Shown piece by piece: positions 51,878-61,015 of a stretch of 64,000 nucleotides of DNA. Where the stretch lies: assembly GCA_027078545.1 (NCBI GenBank), contig JALWXN010000001.1:1-64000 (forward strand). The letters are read 5' to 3'. A program made the translations under genes and the position numbers. The notes below the pieces were generated by a model, which was given only the letters and a program-made list of their open reading frames with translations, had not been told where the DNA came from and did no database searches. The number at the start of each line of letters is the position of its first letter. Position 1 is the stretch's first letter. This DNA is from Nitrososphaeria archaeon (lineage in GTDB: Archaea; Thermoproteota; Nitrososphaeria; Geothermarchaeales; JDFR-13).

Positions 51878-52462
51878 GTGGATCTGGGGCTACACCCCAC
51901 ACGCCTAGTAGTCCTCCTAGCTATGCATACAGGGAGGGAGTGGGAGAGGCTGGCCCATCTATACGGCTTGACCGAGGCTGAGCTTAGGCGTCTCCACGGT
52001 ATGAAGGATCTCCTCGGGGATGACGAGGCCTTCTACAGGGTTGTTGAGGCTCTACTGGCACAGGGATACGTGGATGACGTGGCCCGAGTACTTACGTGGA
52101 GGGGCTTCGAGAGGCTTACAGCCTACATACTTAGGAGCTATGGATATAGGGTGGAGTTGAATGTTAGGCTGGGGCGTAGGGAGATCGATGTCCTAGGTAG
52201 GGGTAGGGGCCACACGCTATGTATAGACTGTAAACAGTGGGATAGGCCATTGATACCCTCTGCCGCTAGGAGGATACTCGAGGATCTAAAGACTAAGTGT
52301 GGGGAGCTGGGGGATATAAGTGGTAGGAGGATACCCCTAATAGTCTCGCTCAGGATGAGGAGGCCACTTATCATTAAGGGGATTGGGGCTGCGCTGCCCC
52401 TCGTGGCTCTGCCAGAGTTTCTAGGGGAGCTGCCCGTGATGCTTGGGACTGGTGAGCTTTAG
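51878..52462 (+). CDS. Mrr-like PD-(D/E)xK endonuclease
   Basis: WRGFE..GY...EIDVL...IDCKQW. Confidence 0.75.
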   Translation: MDLGLHPTRLVVLLAMHTGREWERLAHLYGLTEAELRRLHGMKDLLGDDEAFYRVVEALLAQGYVDDVARVLTWRGFERLTAYILRSYGYRVELNVRLGRREIDVLGRGRGHTLCIDCKQWDRPLIPSAARRILEDLKTKCGELGDISGRRIPLIVSLRMRRPLIIKGIGAALPLVALPEFLGELPVMLGTGEL

Positions 52463-52467
52463 AGGGG

Positions 52468-52641
52468 CTACCTAGCGAGTACCCTGTTACCCATATCCCT
52501 CCTAACCTTCTCGAGGACTGTGAAGTTGCATTTGGGGCATTTGAGGAAGCTCTGCTGTGAGATTACAGCCGCTGTGAAGACGCTTCCACATTTTAGGCAG
52601 CGGTAGCGGATACTCTTGGTATCCAGCTTAATATTCCTCAT
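52468..52641 (-). CDS. rpoP: RNA polymerase subunit Rpo12 (P)
   Basis: Hand-translated 57 aa: YRCLKCG...KCPKCNFTVLEKVR...RVLAR; below the ORF-track cutoff. Confidence 0.85.
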   Translation of the reverse strand: MRNIKLDTKSIRYRCLKCGSVFTAAVISQQSFLKCPKCNFTVLEKVRRDMGNRVLAR

Positions 52642-52709
52642 GGCAAGTAGAATTTATATTGACCCACCTATTTAAAGATGCTAGGCCCTGGGCTGAGGTG
52701 CGCCTCGAG

Positions 52710-53843
52710 ATGCCATCTATAGCTATATTCACCCCCACCCGCTCCTCAATAATCCTCCTATCGAGGGTCTATAGGGAGCTTATCGAGTCTACAGACATAT
52801 CCATCCTCCACTATGATGTGGTGGAGGAGCATGGATGGTTTGAGAAGGGGCTTCAATACGTATCCCTAGAGTATGACAAGCCTAGGAGGGTTATTAGGTA
52901 CCGGGATATGGAGGCCCTTACAAATGAGGTTAGGGAGGTTGTTGAGAGGGATGAGCCGGACCTAGCTGTACTGGCTGGCTACTCACCAGCCACCAAGACG
53001 ATTCTAGACACATTGGCCAGCATGGATGTGAAGACTGTGCATCTAGAGTCGGGTCTGAGGACCTATACAGAGTCTGAGGAGGAGTATCTCAGGCAGTACA
53101 TCGACTGGCACAGCACCGTGAACCTCACACCTGGGAGGCAGTACTATGAGAACCTTGTGAGGGAGGGGTTCCCACGTGAACAGCTATACAACGTCGGCTC
53201 CCCCATTGTGGACGCCGTGTTGACGAATATCTCTAGGGCTGAGAGGCTCAGCAGCATACTCGAGGAGATCGGGCTTGAGAAGAGGCGTTACATACTGGCC
53301 TACACCGGCTCCCACGACCCTTCACGCTTCTTGGAGGCTGTTGGGGAGGCGTCCCTCAAGTGGGATATAGACGTCGTGATACCACTGGCTAAGTGGCAGA
53401 AGAAGAGGCTTATCGATATGGGGCTCTACTACGAGTCGATGACCAAGTACCTCGTCATACCGATAGAGATCCAGGACTATCTGGACCATCTAAGCCTGAT
53501 AAACAACTCGAGGCATGTAGTGACCGACTCTCCCGAGCTGGCCCTAGAATCCTCGGTACTTAGGAGGGGGGTGACCCTGATAACCGGGTCTCCAGACCTA
53601 TATAACCTCGTGGATCGTGGGGTCGCTACTACAGCCTCTATAGACGAGTTGTCGAGCATCCCTGTGGAGAGGCTTGGGAGGAGGCGTGGGCTAGACGTCT
53701 CCAAGGTCTTCGGAGGTGGGGAGAGCCACCTCAGGATCGTGGATGCAGTGAAGGGCTTTATAGATGCGAGGCTAACCAGGCCGGTGTGGCGCGGCCCAAG
53801 GTATAGCCACGGCGGTGGGGAGGGTGTGGAGCTAGGGGTCTAG
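52710..53843 (+). CDS. UDP-GlcNAc 2-epimerase (WecB)-like protein, divergent
   Basis: HLESGLRT, ENLVREG, VGSPIVDA, VVTDS, FGGG; several catalytic motifs altered. Confidence 0.7.
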   Translation: MPSIAIFTPTRSSIILLSRVYRELIESTDISILHYDVVEEHGWFEKGLQYVSLEYDKPRRVIRYRDMEALTNEVREVVERDEPDLAVLAGYSPATKTILDTLASMDVKTVHLESGLRTYTESEEEYLRQYIDWHSTVNLTPGRQYYENLVREGFPREQLYNVGSPIVDAVLTNISRAERLSSILEEIGLEKRRYILAYTGSHDPSRFLEAVGEASLKWDIDVVIPLAKWQKKRLIDMGLYYESMTKYLVIPIEIQDYLDHLSLINNSRHVVTDSPELALESSVLRRGVTLITGSPDLYNLVDRGVATTASIDELSSIPVERLGRRRGLDVSKVFGGGESHLRIVDAVKGFIDARLTRPVWRGPRYSHGGGEGVELGV

Positions 53844-53846
53844 ACG

Positions 53847-54557
53847 GTGCGTCTGATGCCCAGGAGACTAGTGGTTATACCCACCTATAGGGAGGCTGAT
53901 AACCTGCCAAGCCTCCTAGAGGCCATATTGAGCCAGCCAATAGAGCTGGACATCTACGTCGTGGATGATGATAGTAGGGATGGGACGGAGGAGATTCTGA
54001 GGCGCTACAGGGAGGGGTATGGGGATAGGGTGGGATACGTTATAAGGAGGGATGAGAGGGGGTTCGCATCAGCCCTCTACACGGGCTATAGATATGGCTA
54101 TGATACGGGCTACGACTACGTCGCCCAGATGGATGCCGATCTCCAGCACGACCCCCAATACCTCCCGAGCCTATTCGGGAAGGCGGAGGAGGGCCTCGAC
54201 CTAGTAGTTGCTTCACGATACGTGGAGGGCGGCGGTATAGAGGGGTGGCCACTAACCAGGAGGATTATCAGCTGGGGTGCCAATACATATGCCCGGATAG
54301 TCCTAGGCCTCCCGATCAGGGATGTGACGAGTGGATACAGGGTCTTTAGTAGGGAGGCAATATCCACCCTCCTGGGACATAGGCCTAGGTCACGGGGCTT
54401 CATGATCCAGGTGGAGACCGCCTATATACTCCATAGGGCTGGGCATAGGCTTGGTGAGGTTCCATTCATATTCAGGAGTAGGAGGGCGGGTAGGAGCAAG
54501 CTGGGGATTGGCATGATCCTGGAGTTCTTTATTAATGTACTCAGGCTTAGAATATAG
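53847..54557 (+). CDS. GT2 polyprenol-phosphate glycosyltransferase (DPM1/Ppm1-like)
   Basis: PTYRE, VDDDSRDGT, MDADLQHDP, SRY..GG, DVTSGYR, RRAGRSK. Confidence 0.9.
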   Translation: MRLMPRRLVVIPTYREADNLPSLLEAILSQPIELDIYVVDDDSRDGTEEILRRYREGYGDRVGYVIRRDERGFASALYTGYRYGYDTGYDYVAQMDADLQHDPQYLPSLFGKAEEGLDLVVASRYVEGGGIEGWPLTRRIISWGANTYARIVLGLPIRDVTSGYRVFSREAISTLLGHRPRSRGFMIQVETAYILHRAGHRLGEVPFIFRSRRAGRSKLGIGMILEFFINVLRLRI

Positions 54558-54563
54558 CTTGGA

Positions 54564-55385
54564 ATGGAGGTCTCCCTAGGATTTATCCAGCCTAGGCTTA
54601 GGTTTGGGGATCTAGACTGGAACATGAGCCGTATAGATAGGCTGGCCCAGGCACTGGACTCCCCCGACCTAATAGTCCTACCCGAGCTCACATATACCGG
54701 GTACCTCTTCCGCTCAAGGGAGGAGGCGTTGGAACTGGGCAGGAGGTTCTGGGAGACCAGTTTGGAACATCTTCTTAGGCTGAGCGATAGGCTGTCAGCC
54801 ACTGTGGTGGCTGGGGTTGCCGAGCCCGGTGGTGATAGGCTCTACAACTCGGCGGTGGTAGCGTCTAAGGGCGAGTTGCTGGGGATATATAGGAAGATAC
54901 ACCTCTTCAACGAGGAGAAGACCTGGTTCGATCCTGGTGATAGGCCGCCCAGCATCTTCGACGTGGGGTTCAGGCTCGGTGTTATGATATGCTTCGACTG
55001 GGCATTCCCAGAGGTTGCACGTAGCCTCGCCCTCCAGGGTGCGGATGTGATAGCCCATCCAAGCAACCTAGTCTTCGACTATGCCTATACAGCAACCCTT
55101 GTAAGGGCTAGGGAGAACTCTGTCTATATAGTCACGGCTAATAGGGTGGGTATGGATGACCGTGGGGATAAGAGGCTCCTCTTCAAGGGGATGAGCCAGA
55201 TAGCCTCGCCTGATATGGAGCCTATCTATAGGGCTAGGCCCTACACTGAGGAGGCGTACACCGCTATAGTGGATCTTGGGAGGGCTAGGGATAAATGGAT
55301 AACTAGGAGGAACCACTTATTGAGGGATCGTAGGCCGGAGCTATACCTACTAGGCGGGGAGGAGCTGGAGAGGGAGGAGGCGTGA
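54564..55385 (+). CDS. Nitrilase/carbon-nitrogen hydrolase
   Basis: LPEL, YRKIHLF, ICFD catalytic triad. Confidence 0.92.
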   Translation: MEVSLGFIQPRLRFGDLDWNMSRIDRLAQALDSPDLIVLPELTYTGYLFRSREEALELGRRFWETSLEHLLRLSDRLSATVVAGVAEPGGDRLYNSAVVASKGELLGIYRKIHLFNEEKTWFDPGDRPPSIFDVGFRLGVMICFDWAFPEVARSLALQGADVIAHPSNLVFDYAYTATLVRARENSVYIVTANRVGMDDRGDKRLLFKGMSQIASPDMEPIYRARPYTEEAYTAIVDLGRARDKWITRRNHLLRDRRPELYLLGGEELEREEA

Positions 55386-56662
55386 ATATAGACAGCCTCT
55401 TCGGCGGCGGCCCTGTCCTTGATGGTTTCGTGAAGCCTAGGCTCTACAGCGAGAGTATATGTGTCAGGTGTAGGGGGAGGGATCTACTCTGTGGGAAGCC
55501 TGTATGCCCAGTCATACTGGAGTATAGGGCGTTGATGGAGAGCTATAGGGAGCTGTATAGAGAGGATATCTATGGGGCGAGCCCACCAAGCGTGTTCATA
55601 GGTAGGATGGGGTATCCAAAGGTCTCGATGGGTGTCCTCACACCTCCCGAGACTGGTGACACCTCTATCTACGACTATCCCGAGAGGTGGCACAGCCTAG
55701 GCCTAGAGGATATTCTCCGTCTGAGGAGTAGGCTGGTCCTGGGCTGGAGGAGGGTGGATAAGCACCTCCCAAGGAGGGGTGACAGGCTATACCACGACAT
55801 CCTAGACCTAGCGATAGCACGTAGGAGCCCAGAGGTGGAGATCCGGCTCGAGAAACGCCCCGTCAGGGTCATGGTTATAGACGAGGATATAACGCCCTTC
55901 GGCCCTAGGGCCCCGGTCAAGAGCCTCTCACTGGGGAGCCTGAAGATAGACTATCGTATCGAGAAGAGGGTGGGCGATACCGATCTACCGGCTGAGGAGG
56001 GTGTTGTCGAGCTGTACCGCTCCGGTGTCGAGGTCAGTAGGATCATCAGGGTCTTCAGCATGGGGGGCCTTGGGAGGAGGGGTAGACGTGTACTCGTACC
56101 TACTAGGTGGTCGATAACGGCTGTCGACGATATCATTGGGAGGTGGCTCTACAGGAGGGTTAGGCGCTACCCAGAGATAGATACCTACCTAGTCTATGAG
56201 AAGGACTTCCTGGAGAATAGGTATGTAGCTCTCCTAATACCTGGTCCATGGATGTACGAGTTTATGGAGGCCTGGTACCCAGGGACCTTCTGGAACCGTC
56301 TAGGGACTAGGGTGGTTGTAGAGGGATCAGCAGAGTTTGGGAGGCCTAGGAGGGAGTATGCAGATATAGGTGGCTGCTACTACGCCTCACGCCTAGCCAC
56401 CCTCGAGTATCTCGACAGGATTGGTAGGCAGGCATCGGTAGTGATCTTTAGGGAGGCGTATCCAGGCTATGTCTTCCCAGTTGGCGTGTGGAGTGTACGT
56501 GAAAGTGTCCGTATGCTCTTCAGGGAGAGACCCTTGAGGTTTGAGTCTCTAGAGGAGGCCCTCAACCATGTGTTCAGTAGGCTTAGGACGCCTAGGGATA
56601 TGTGGAGGAGTGAGGTCATAGACTTCTGGACTAGGCAGAGGCGTCTAGGTGATTATCTTTGA
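55382..56662 (+). CDS. nreA: Nre-family DNA repair protein
   Basis: CxxCxG..LCG..CP, SPPSVFIG, LVPTRWSITAVD, GGCYYA; C-terminal PIP-like QRRLGDY. Confidence 0.92.
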   Translation: MNIDSLFGGGPVLDGFVKPRLYSESICVRCRGRDLLCGKPVCPVILEYRALMESYRELYREDIYGASPPSVFIGRMGYPKVSMGVLTPPETGDTSIYDYPERWHSLGLEDILRLRSRLVLGWRRVDKHLPRRGDRLYHDILDLAIARRSPEVEIRLEKRPVRVMVIDEDITPFGPRAPVKSLSLGSLKIDYRIEKRVGDTDLPAEEGVVELYRSGVEVSRIIRVFSMGGLGRRGRRVLVPTRWSITAVDDIIGRWLYRRVRRYPEIDTYLVYEKDFLENRYVALLIPGPWMYEFMEAWYPGTFWNRLGTRVVVEGSAEFGRPRREYADIGGCYYASRLATLEYLDRIGRQASVVIFREAYPGYVFPVGVWSVRESVRMLFRERPLRFESLEEALNHVFSRLRTPRDMWRSEVIDFWTRQRRLGDYL

Positions 56663-57504
56663 CCCCGGTATATAGGGAGAGGATCAGGGGTAGCTACTAC
56701 CTCCATAGGACGCCCCTCCCCGAGATGGATTATAGCATAAACCCGTACTTCGGGTGTGAGGGGGGCTGTAGATACTGCTACTCCATCCAGTACTTCAAGA
56801 TACGTGGGGTGGACTATGACTGGGGAGAGTATATAGAGGCTAAGATGTACCTCCCCCGTGAGCTGGCTAAGAAGCTGGATAGGTTCGAGAGGGGGGCGGT
56901 CATAGGGATAGGAACCTATATAGATCCCTACCAGCCACTGGAGGCCAGGACGAGGCTCACCAGGAGGGTTATCAAGGTCCTAAGGTGGAGGCGGGATCTA
57001 CACCTATCGATACAGACGAGGTATCCCCTAGTCCTCAGGGATCTAGACCTCATAGCTGCTGGCCCAGCGGATGTAGGTACTTCTGCACCGTCCTACGACA
57101 AGATGTTCTGGAGGGTTCTTGAGCCTAGGACCCCTGCCCCCTGGGCTAGGGTAGCAATGCTGGGAAGGTTCTCTGAGAGGGGTGTGGAGACATGGGTCTA
57201 CTACGCCCCGGTTATGCCCCGGCTCAACGACGATCCTGCCATGTTCGAGGAGGTTGTTATCGACGCGGTTAACAGGGGGGTCGAGACTATATACACGGAT
57301 ATTCTACGCTTCAAGGTGGGTGTGAGGGAGCGTCTACTGAGGGCCCTGGAGGATTATAGGCCGGATCTGGTGGGGCTCTATAGGGGGCTTGGTAGGAGGG
57401 AGCTCTACCAATGGTATAGGGAGGTGGTGAGGAGGTTCTCCGAGATTGCTGGGAGATATGGGGTGAAATATATAGATGCTGAGCCGATGATGTTCCGTAC
57501 ATAG
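56659..57504 (+). CDS. Radical SAM protein (SplB/Rv2578c-like)
   Basis: INPYFGCEGGCRYCY, DPYQPLE, LEPRTP. Confidence 0.88.
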   Translation: MTPVYRERIRGSYYLHRTPLPEMDYSINPYFGCEGGCRYCYSIQYFKIRGVDYDWGEYIEAKMYLPRELAKKLDRFERGAVIGIGTYIDPYQPLEARTRLTRRVIKVLRWRRDLHLSIQTRYPLVLRDLDLIAAGPADVGTSAPSYDKMFWRVLEPRTPAPWARVAMLGRFSERGVETWVYYAPVMPRLNDDPAMFEEVVIDAVNRGVETIYTDILRFKVGVRERLLRALEDYRPDLVGLYRGLGRRELYQWYREVVRRFSEIAGRYGVKYIDAEPMMFRT

Positions 57505-57564
57505 GCTGGGTATACCGACCCCCTTAAATCGCCGTATAACTACATATCTTTTGGTAGATCTGCT

Positions 57565-58455
57565 ATGGAGTGGATGGTTCTCCAGGCCGTTATAGATATT
57601 GGTAGCCTAATACTCGCGATAGTAATCATCATATTCCTGGCGATATTGATAAGGGCCTCGATAAGGGTGGTTAGGGAGTATGAGAGGATCGTTGTTTTCA
57701 GGCTTGGTAGGGCTATCGGTGTGAAGGGGCCTGGCCTAGTCTTCCTCATACCCTTCATCGACGTCCCTGTAAAGGTGGATCTTAGGGAGCAGTATATCGA
57801 GGTGACTAAGCAGACATGTATCACTAAGGACAACGCACCCGTCGATATAGACTTCCTCATATACTTCAAGGTCGTGGACCCGCTGGAGAGTGTGCTGAAC
57901 GTTAGGGACTTCAAGGGTGCGGCCACCGGCGTGGCGACTACTACTCTTAGGGCTGTGATAGGAGATATCGAGCTGGACTCTGTACTGGCTAAGAGGGAGG
58001 AGATAAACAATATCCTAAGGGTGAAGCTTGACGAGGTGACCCAGAAATGGGGTGTCAAGGTAACGCTGGTTGAGATTAGGGAGATTACTCCTCCGAGGGA
58101 GGTGCAGGACGCGATGATTAGGCAGATGAGTGCGGAGCGTAACAGGAGGGCCATGGTAACCGAGGCGGAGGGTAAGAAGGAGTCTGCGATCAAGGTGGCT
58201 GAGGGTGAGCGTCAGAGCGCTATTCTGAGGGCTGAGGGTGAGAGGCAGGCGATGATCCTGAGGGCCGAGGGATATGCACTGGCCCTAGCCAAGATATTGG
58301 AGGTGGCCCGTGAACTGGATGAGAACACGATGATCCTCCAGTACCTAGATACTCTAAAGGAGGTGGCGAGGGGAGAGTCTACAAAGATAGTACTCCCGAT
58401 GGAGGTGACGAAGCTCATAGAGGATGTGAAGAAGTTTCTAGAGAAGAGGGGTTAG
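57565..58455 (+). CDS. SPFH/stomatin (band 7) protein
   Basis: VFRLG, GPG..IP, ITKDN, TTLRAVIG, AEG repeats. Confidence 0.95.
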   Translation: MEWMVLQAVIDIGSLILAIVIIIFLAILIRASIRVVREYERIVVFRLGRAIGVKGPGLVFLIPFIDVPVKVDLREQYIEVTKQTCITKDNAPVDIDFLIYFKVVDPLESVLNVRDFKGAATGVATTTLRAVIGDIELDSVLAKREEINNILRVKLDEVTQKWGVKVTLVEIREITPPREVQDAMIRQMSAERNRRAMVTEAEGKKESAIKVAEGERQSAILRAEGERQAMILRAEGYALALAKILEVARELDENTMILQYLDTLKEVARGESTKIVLPMEVTKLIEDVKKFLEKRG

Positions 58456-58460
58456 CCCCT

Positions 58461-59702
58461 ATGGCTAGGGCCCCAGCCCTCCTAACCCTAGTCTTTATAC
58501 TTGCATTGACAGGTGTGTGGGGCCAGCCCTCCGAGCCTATAAAGGTGATCGTGGTAGATGGGACGATAGACGGTGGGTATGGAGACCTTGTGGGTAGGCA
58601 TCTATATACGTCGGACCCCGGTGAGCCGGTCATCATCTACCTGAGGACTAATGGTGGGTATCTTAAGCCTACCCAGGACATTGTGACGGCCATACTAGAG
58701 TCGGGTGCCAATGTGACTGTCTTCGTCCCCAAGGGTGGCTTCGCCTTCTCAGCGGGGGTGTATATCTCGCTCTCGGCTGAGACGCTGGCGATGGGCCCGG
58801 GCTCGTCGATAGGCTCGGCGGAGCCTAGGGATCTATCTGGTAACGTGGATCCGAAGGTTCTGAATGCTATGGTGGCCTGGATAGAGAGTATTGCGGAGGC
58901 CCGTGGTAGGAACGTGACAGCTGCTAGGCTAATGGTGCTTGAGAACCTTAACCTACCGGCTGAGGAGGCTGTACGCCTAGGCGTCGCCGATCTACTGGTG
59001 GGTGATCTGGCGGGGCTCCTAGACATACTTGGGCTCTCCGGCAGGCCCGTGGAGTATGTTGAGAAGGATGTCCGTAGCCACCTCCTAGCAATGTTGACAG
59101 ACCCATTCATCCTAGGCATACTCCTCAACATAGCCGCCCTACTCATCCTGATCGAGCTCTTCAACCCGACCTATATAGGCATGGTGGTGGCGGCCGCCCT
59201 CCTAGTCATGGCCTTCCTAGGCCTAGGCATCCTAGGGGCAGACTCCACGGCGGTTATACTCATGTTGATCGGGGCCTTCGCGATTGTTATGGAGACGTGG
59301 TTCGGGGAGGGGGAGCTCGCCGTGGCTGGGGCAGTCATGACGATCCTGGGGATACTCCTCCTCTACCGGGGGGAGTACTTCATATGGACCCTAAATATGA
59401 GGCTCCTCGTGATAGGTGGGATGATACTCCTAATAGCTGGTGTTGGCTTCTTCGGCTTCTACCTCCACAAGATTAGGGAGACCCTCGCTATGAGGGAGAG
59501 CCCCCTGGAGAAGAGTAGGCTGGTTGGTATGAGGGGGGTGGCTAAGTCGGATATAGTGCCTGGTAAGCCGGGGATCGTACACGTCGCTGGTGATGACTGG
59601 ACGGCTAGGTCCGACGTATACATTCCAAAGGATGCTGAGGTTGTTGTGGAGAGGGTTGATGGCCTGATCCTCTGGGTCAGGCCTGCCGAGGAGGCTGGCT
59701 GA
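58461..59702 (+). CDS. nfeD: NfeD membrane-bound ClpP-class protease
   Basis: TNGG, AFSAG, MGPGSSIGSAEP, ARGRN; TM block; C-terminal OB domain. Confidence 0.9.
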   Translation: MARAPALLTLVFILALTGVWGQPSEPIKVIVVDGTIDGGYGDLVGRHLYTSDPGEPVIIYLRTNGGYLKPTQDIVTAILESGANVTVFVPKGGFAFSAGVYISLSAETLAMGPGSSIGSAEPRDLSGNVDPKVLNAMVAWIESIAEARGRNVTAARLMVLENLNLPAEEAVRLGVADLLVGDLAGLLDILGLSGRPVEYVEKDVRSHLLAMLTDPFILGILLNIAALLILIELFNPTYIGMVVAAALLVMAFLGLGILGADSTAVILMLIGAFAIVMETWFGEGELAVAGAVMTILGILLLYRGEYFIWTLNMRLLVIGGMILLIAGVGFFGFYLHKIRETLAMRESPLEKSRLVGMRGVAKSDIVPGKPGIVHVAGDDWTARSDVYIPKDAEVVVERVDGLILWVRPAEEAG

Positions 59703-60855
59703 GGCCTAGCCTCTCAACCAGCTGGGCTACCTCGTCCTCCGCCTCCTCGAAGTACTGTATAACTATCTGCTCATCCCCCCTTAGCCTATAGCCCTTGACC
59801 GGTGGGTTGAGGTACCAGTAGCCACCGACCTTTATCGCCAGTATATCCACCCCGAGCTTTGTGAGGCCTAGGTCGGCCAGCTCCTTCCCGGCCAGCTCCC
59901 TAGGGATCCTCAGGAGCCTATACCTCTCATCGGTGGTCTCGAGTATCGTCTCTATGATGGGGTGTGGCGGTATACCCATCCTTAGGCTGTAGGTCATGTC
60001 TAGCGCGGCGTCTCCAAGGTATTCACAGGAGTCTATAAACTCTATGAGGGCGAGCTTCTCCTTATCACTTATTCCGCTATCTGCTATGACGCCTGTCTTT
60101 AGATCCTTCGTCACCTGGTCTATCCCATCCTCTAGAGACTCTAGCTCCTGGGCAAGCTCCTCCGAGCCTGTGAAGAGGGCTCCATAGGCCAGGTCAACCA
60201 TGAACTCGCTTAGGTTCTTCACGTAGAGTATGCCCTCCAGCTTCTCGGGATCCAGCCTCACACCTCCGCCGCCCCTCTCACCATGCATCGAGATGATCCT
60301 CCTGATAGTCTCGGCCAATCCCTTGATGTAGATGACGTCCCCCTCCCTGAGAACCACGTCCTCCCCGGGTGAGAGTATGTAGTCGTCACCCCTCCTAATG
60401 GCTACTACGTCGAATATCTCGCCTACTATGTCGTAGGCCCTCTCTATAGACCCGTCTTTGAAGGGGCTGTCCCCCGTGATCCGGAGTGTGTAGACGAAGT
60501 TTGTCCTGCTGTTCCTCATAACATAGTCTCCCAGCTCTATCCTCAGCCTGTCATGGGTGAGCTCTGATATGTCCTTCGCCACCTCGCTTATCTTGTCTAC
60601 TGCTGAGGCCATGTCGAAGACTGAGAGCATCCTCTCGGCGTCCTCCCTATCCCTGGTGGCTAGTGCCGCCTGCATTATCAATAGGCTCCTCAGATAGTCC
60701 ACCCTATCGTCTAGGTGGCTTATCTCCCTGTAGAGGGAGGGGTCTCCGAAGAATAGGCTGCAGTAGGATAGGCTCATAATTAGCTGTGAAAGGTCTTTGA
60801 GCTCTCTTAGGAGCTCCGCCACTGGTTTGGGGCTGTATCCTAGCCTCCTACCCAA
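59677..60855 (-). CDS. PhoU/TrkA-C tandem domain protein
   Basis: Two PhoU-like helical units (ELKDLSQL, VKNLSEFMVDLAY), each followed by TrkA-C (VAIRRG, ILAIKVG). Confidence 0.75.
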   Translation of the reverse strand: MGRRLGYSPKPVAELLRELKDLSQLIMSLSYCSLFFGDPSLYREISHLDDRVDYLRSLLIMQAALATRDREDAERMLSVFDMASAVDKISEVAKDISELTHDRLRIELGDYVMRNSRTNFVYTLRITGDSPFKDGSIERAYDIVGEIFDVVAIRRGDDYILSPGEDVVLREGDVIYIKGLAETIRRIISMHGERGGGGVRLDPEKLEGILYVKNLSEFMVDLAYGALFTGSEELAQELESLEDGIDQVTKDLKTGVIADSGISDKEKLALIEFIDSCEYLGDAALDMTYSLRMGIPPHPIIETILETTDERYRLLRIPRELAGKELADLGLTKLGVDILAIKVGGYWYLNPPVKGYRLRGDEQIVIQYFEEAEDEVAQLVERLGLSQPPRQA

Positions 60856-61015
60856 CTTCTACACCCTCGCCATATGAATCTATGGCTACAATAATAATTT
60901 GGTGTCCACGGCTTATAGCAGGGCCTGGATGTCTTGGATGGCTATTGCCATGTAGATCGGGGCTTGATGGAGGGGGGCGGCGTGTCCAGTATGCCTATAT
61001 GTATCGAGTTCTGGG

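Noticed and set aside
51878-52462. Restriction-modification or defence island
   Set aside because: Solitary Mrr-like nuclease with no methyltransferase or other defence genes nearby
53847-55385. Split equivalent of mycobacterial Ppm1 (Lnt plus polyprenol-P-mannose synthase)
   Set aside because: The CN hydrolase is soluble with no Lnt transmembrane domain; adjacency is probably coincidental
57565-59702. Stomatin-NfeD pair as a novel system
   Set aside because: Well-described, widespread gene pair
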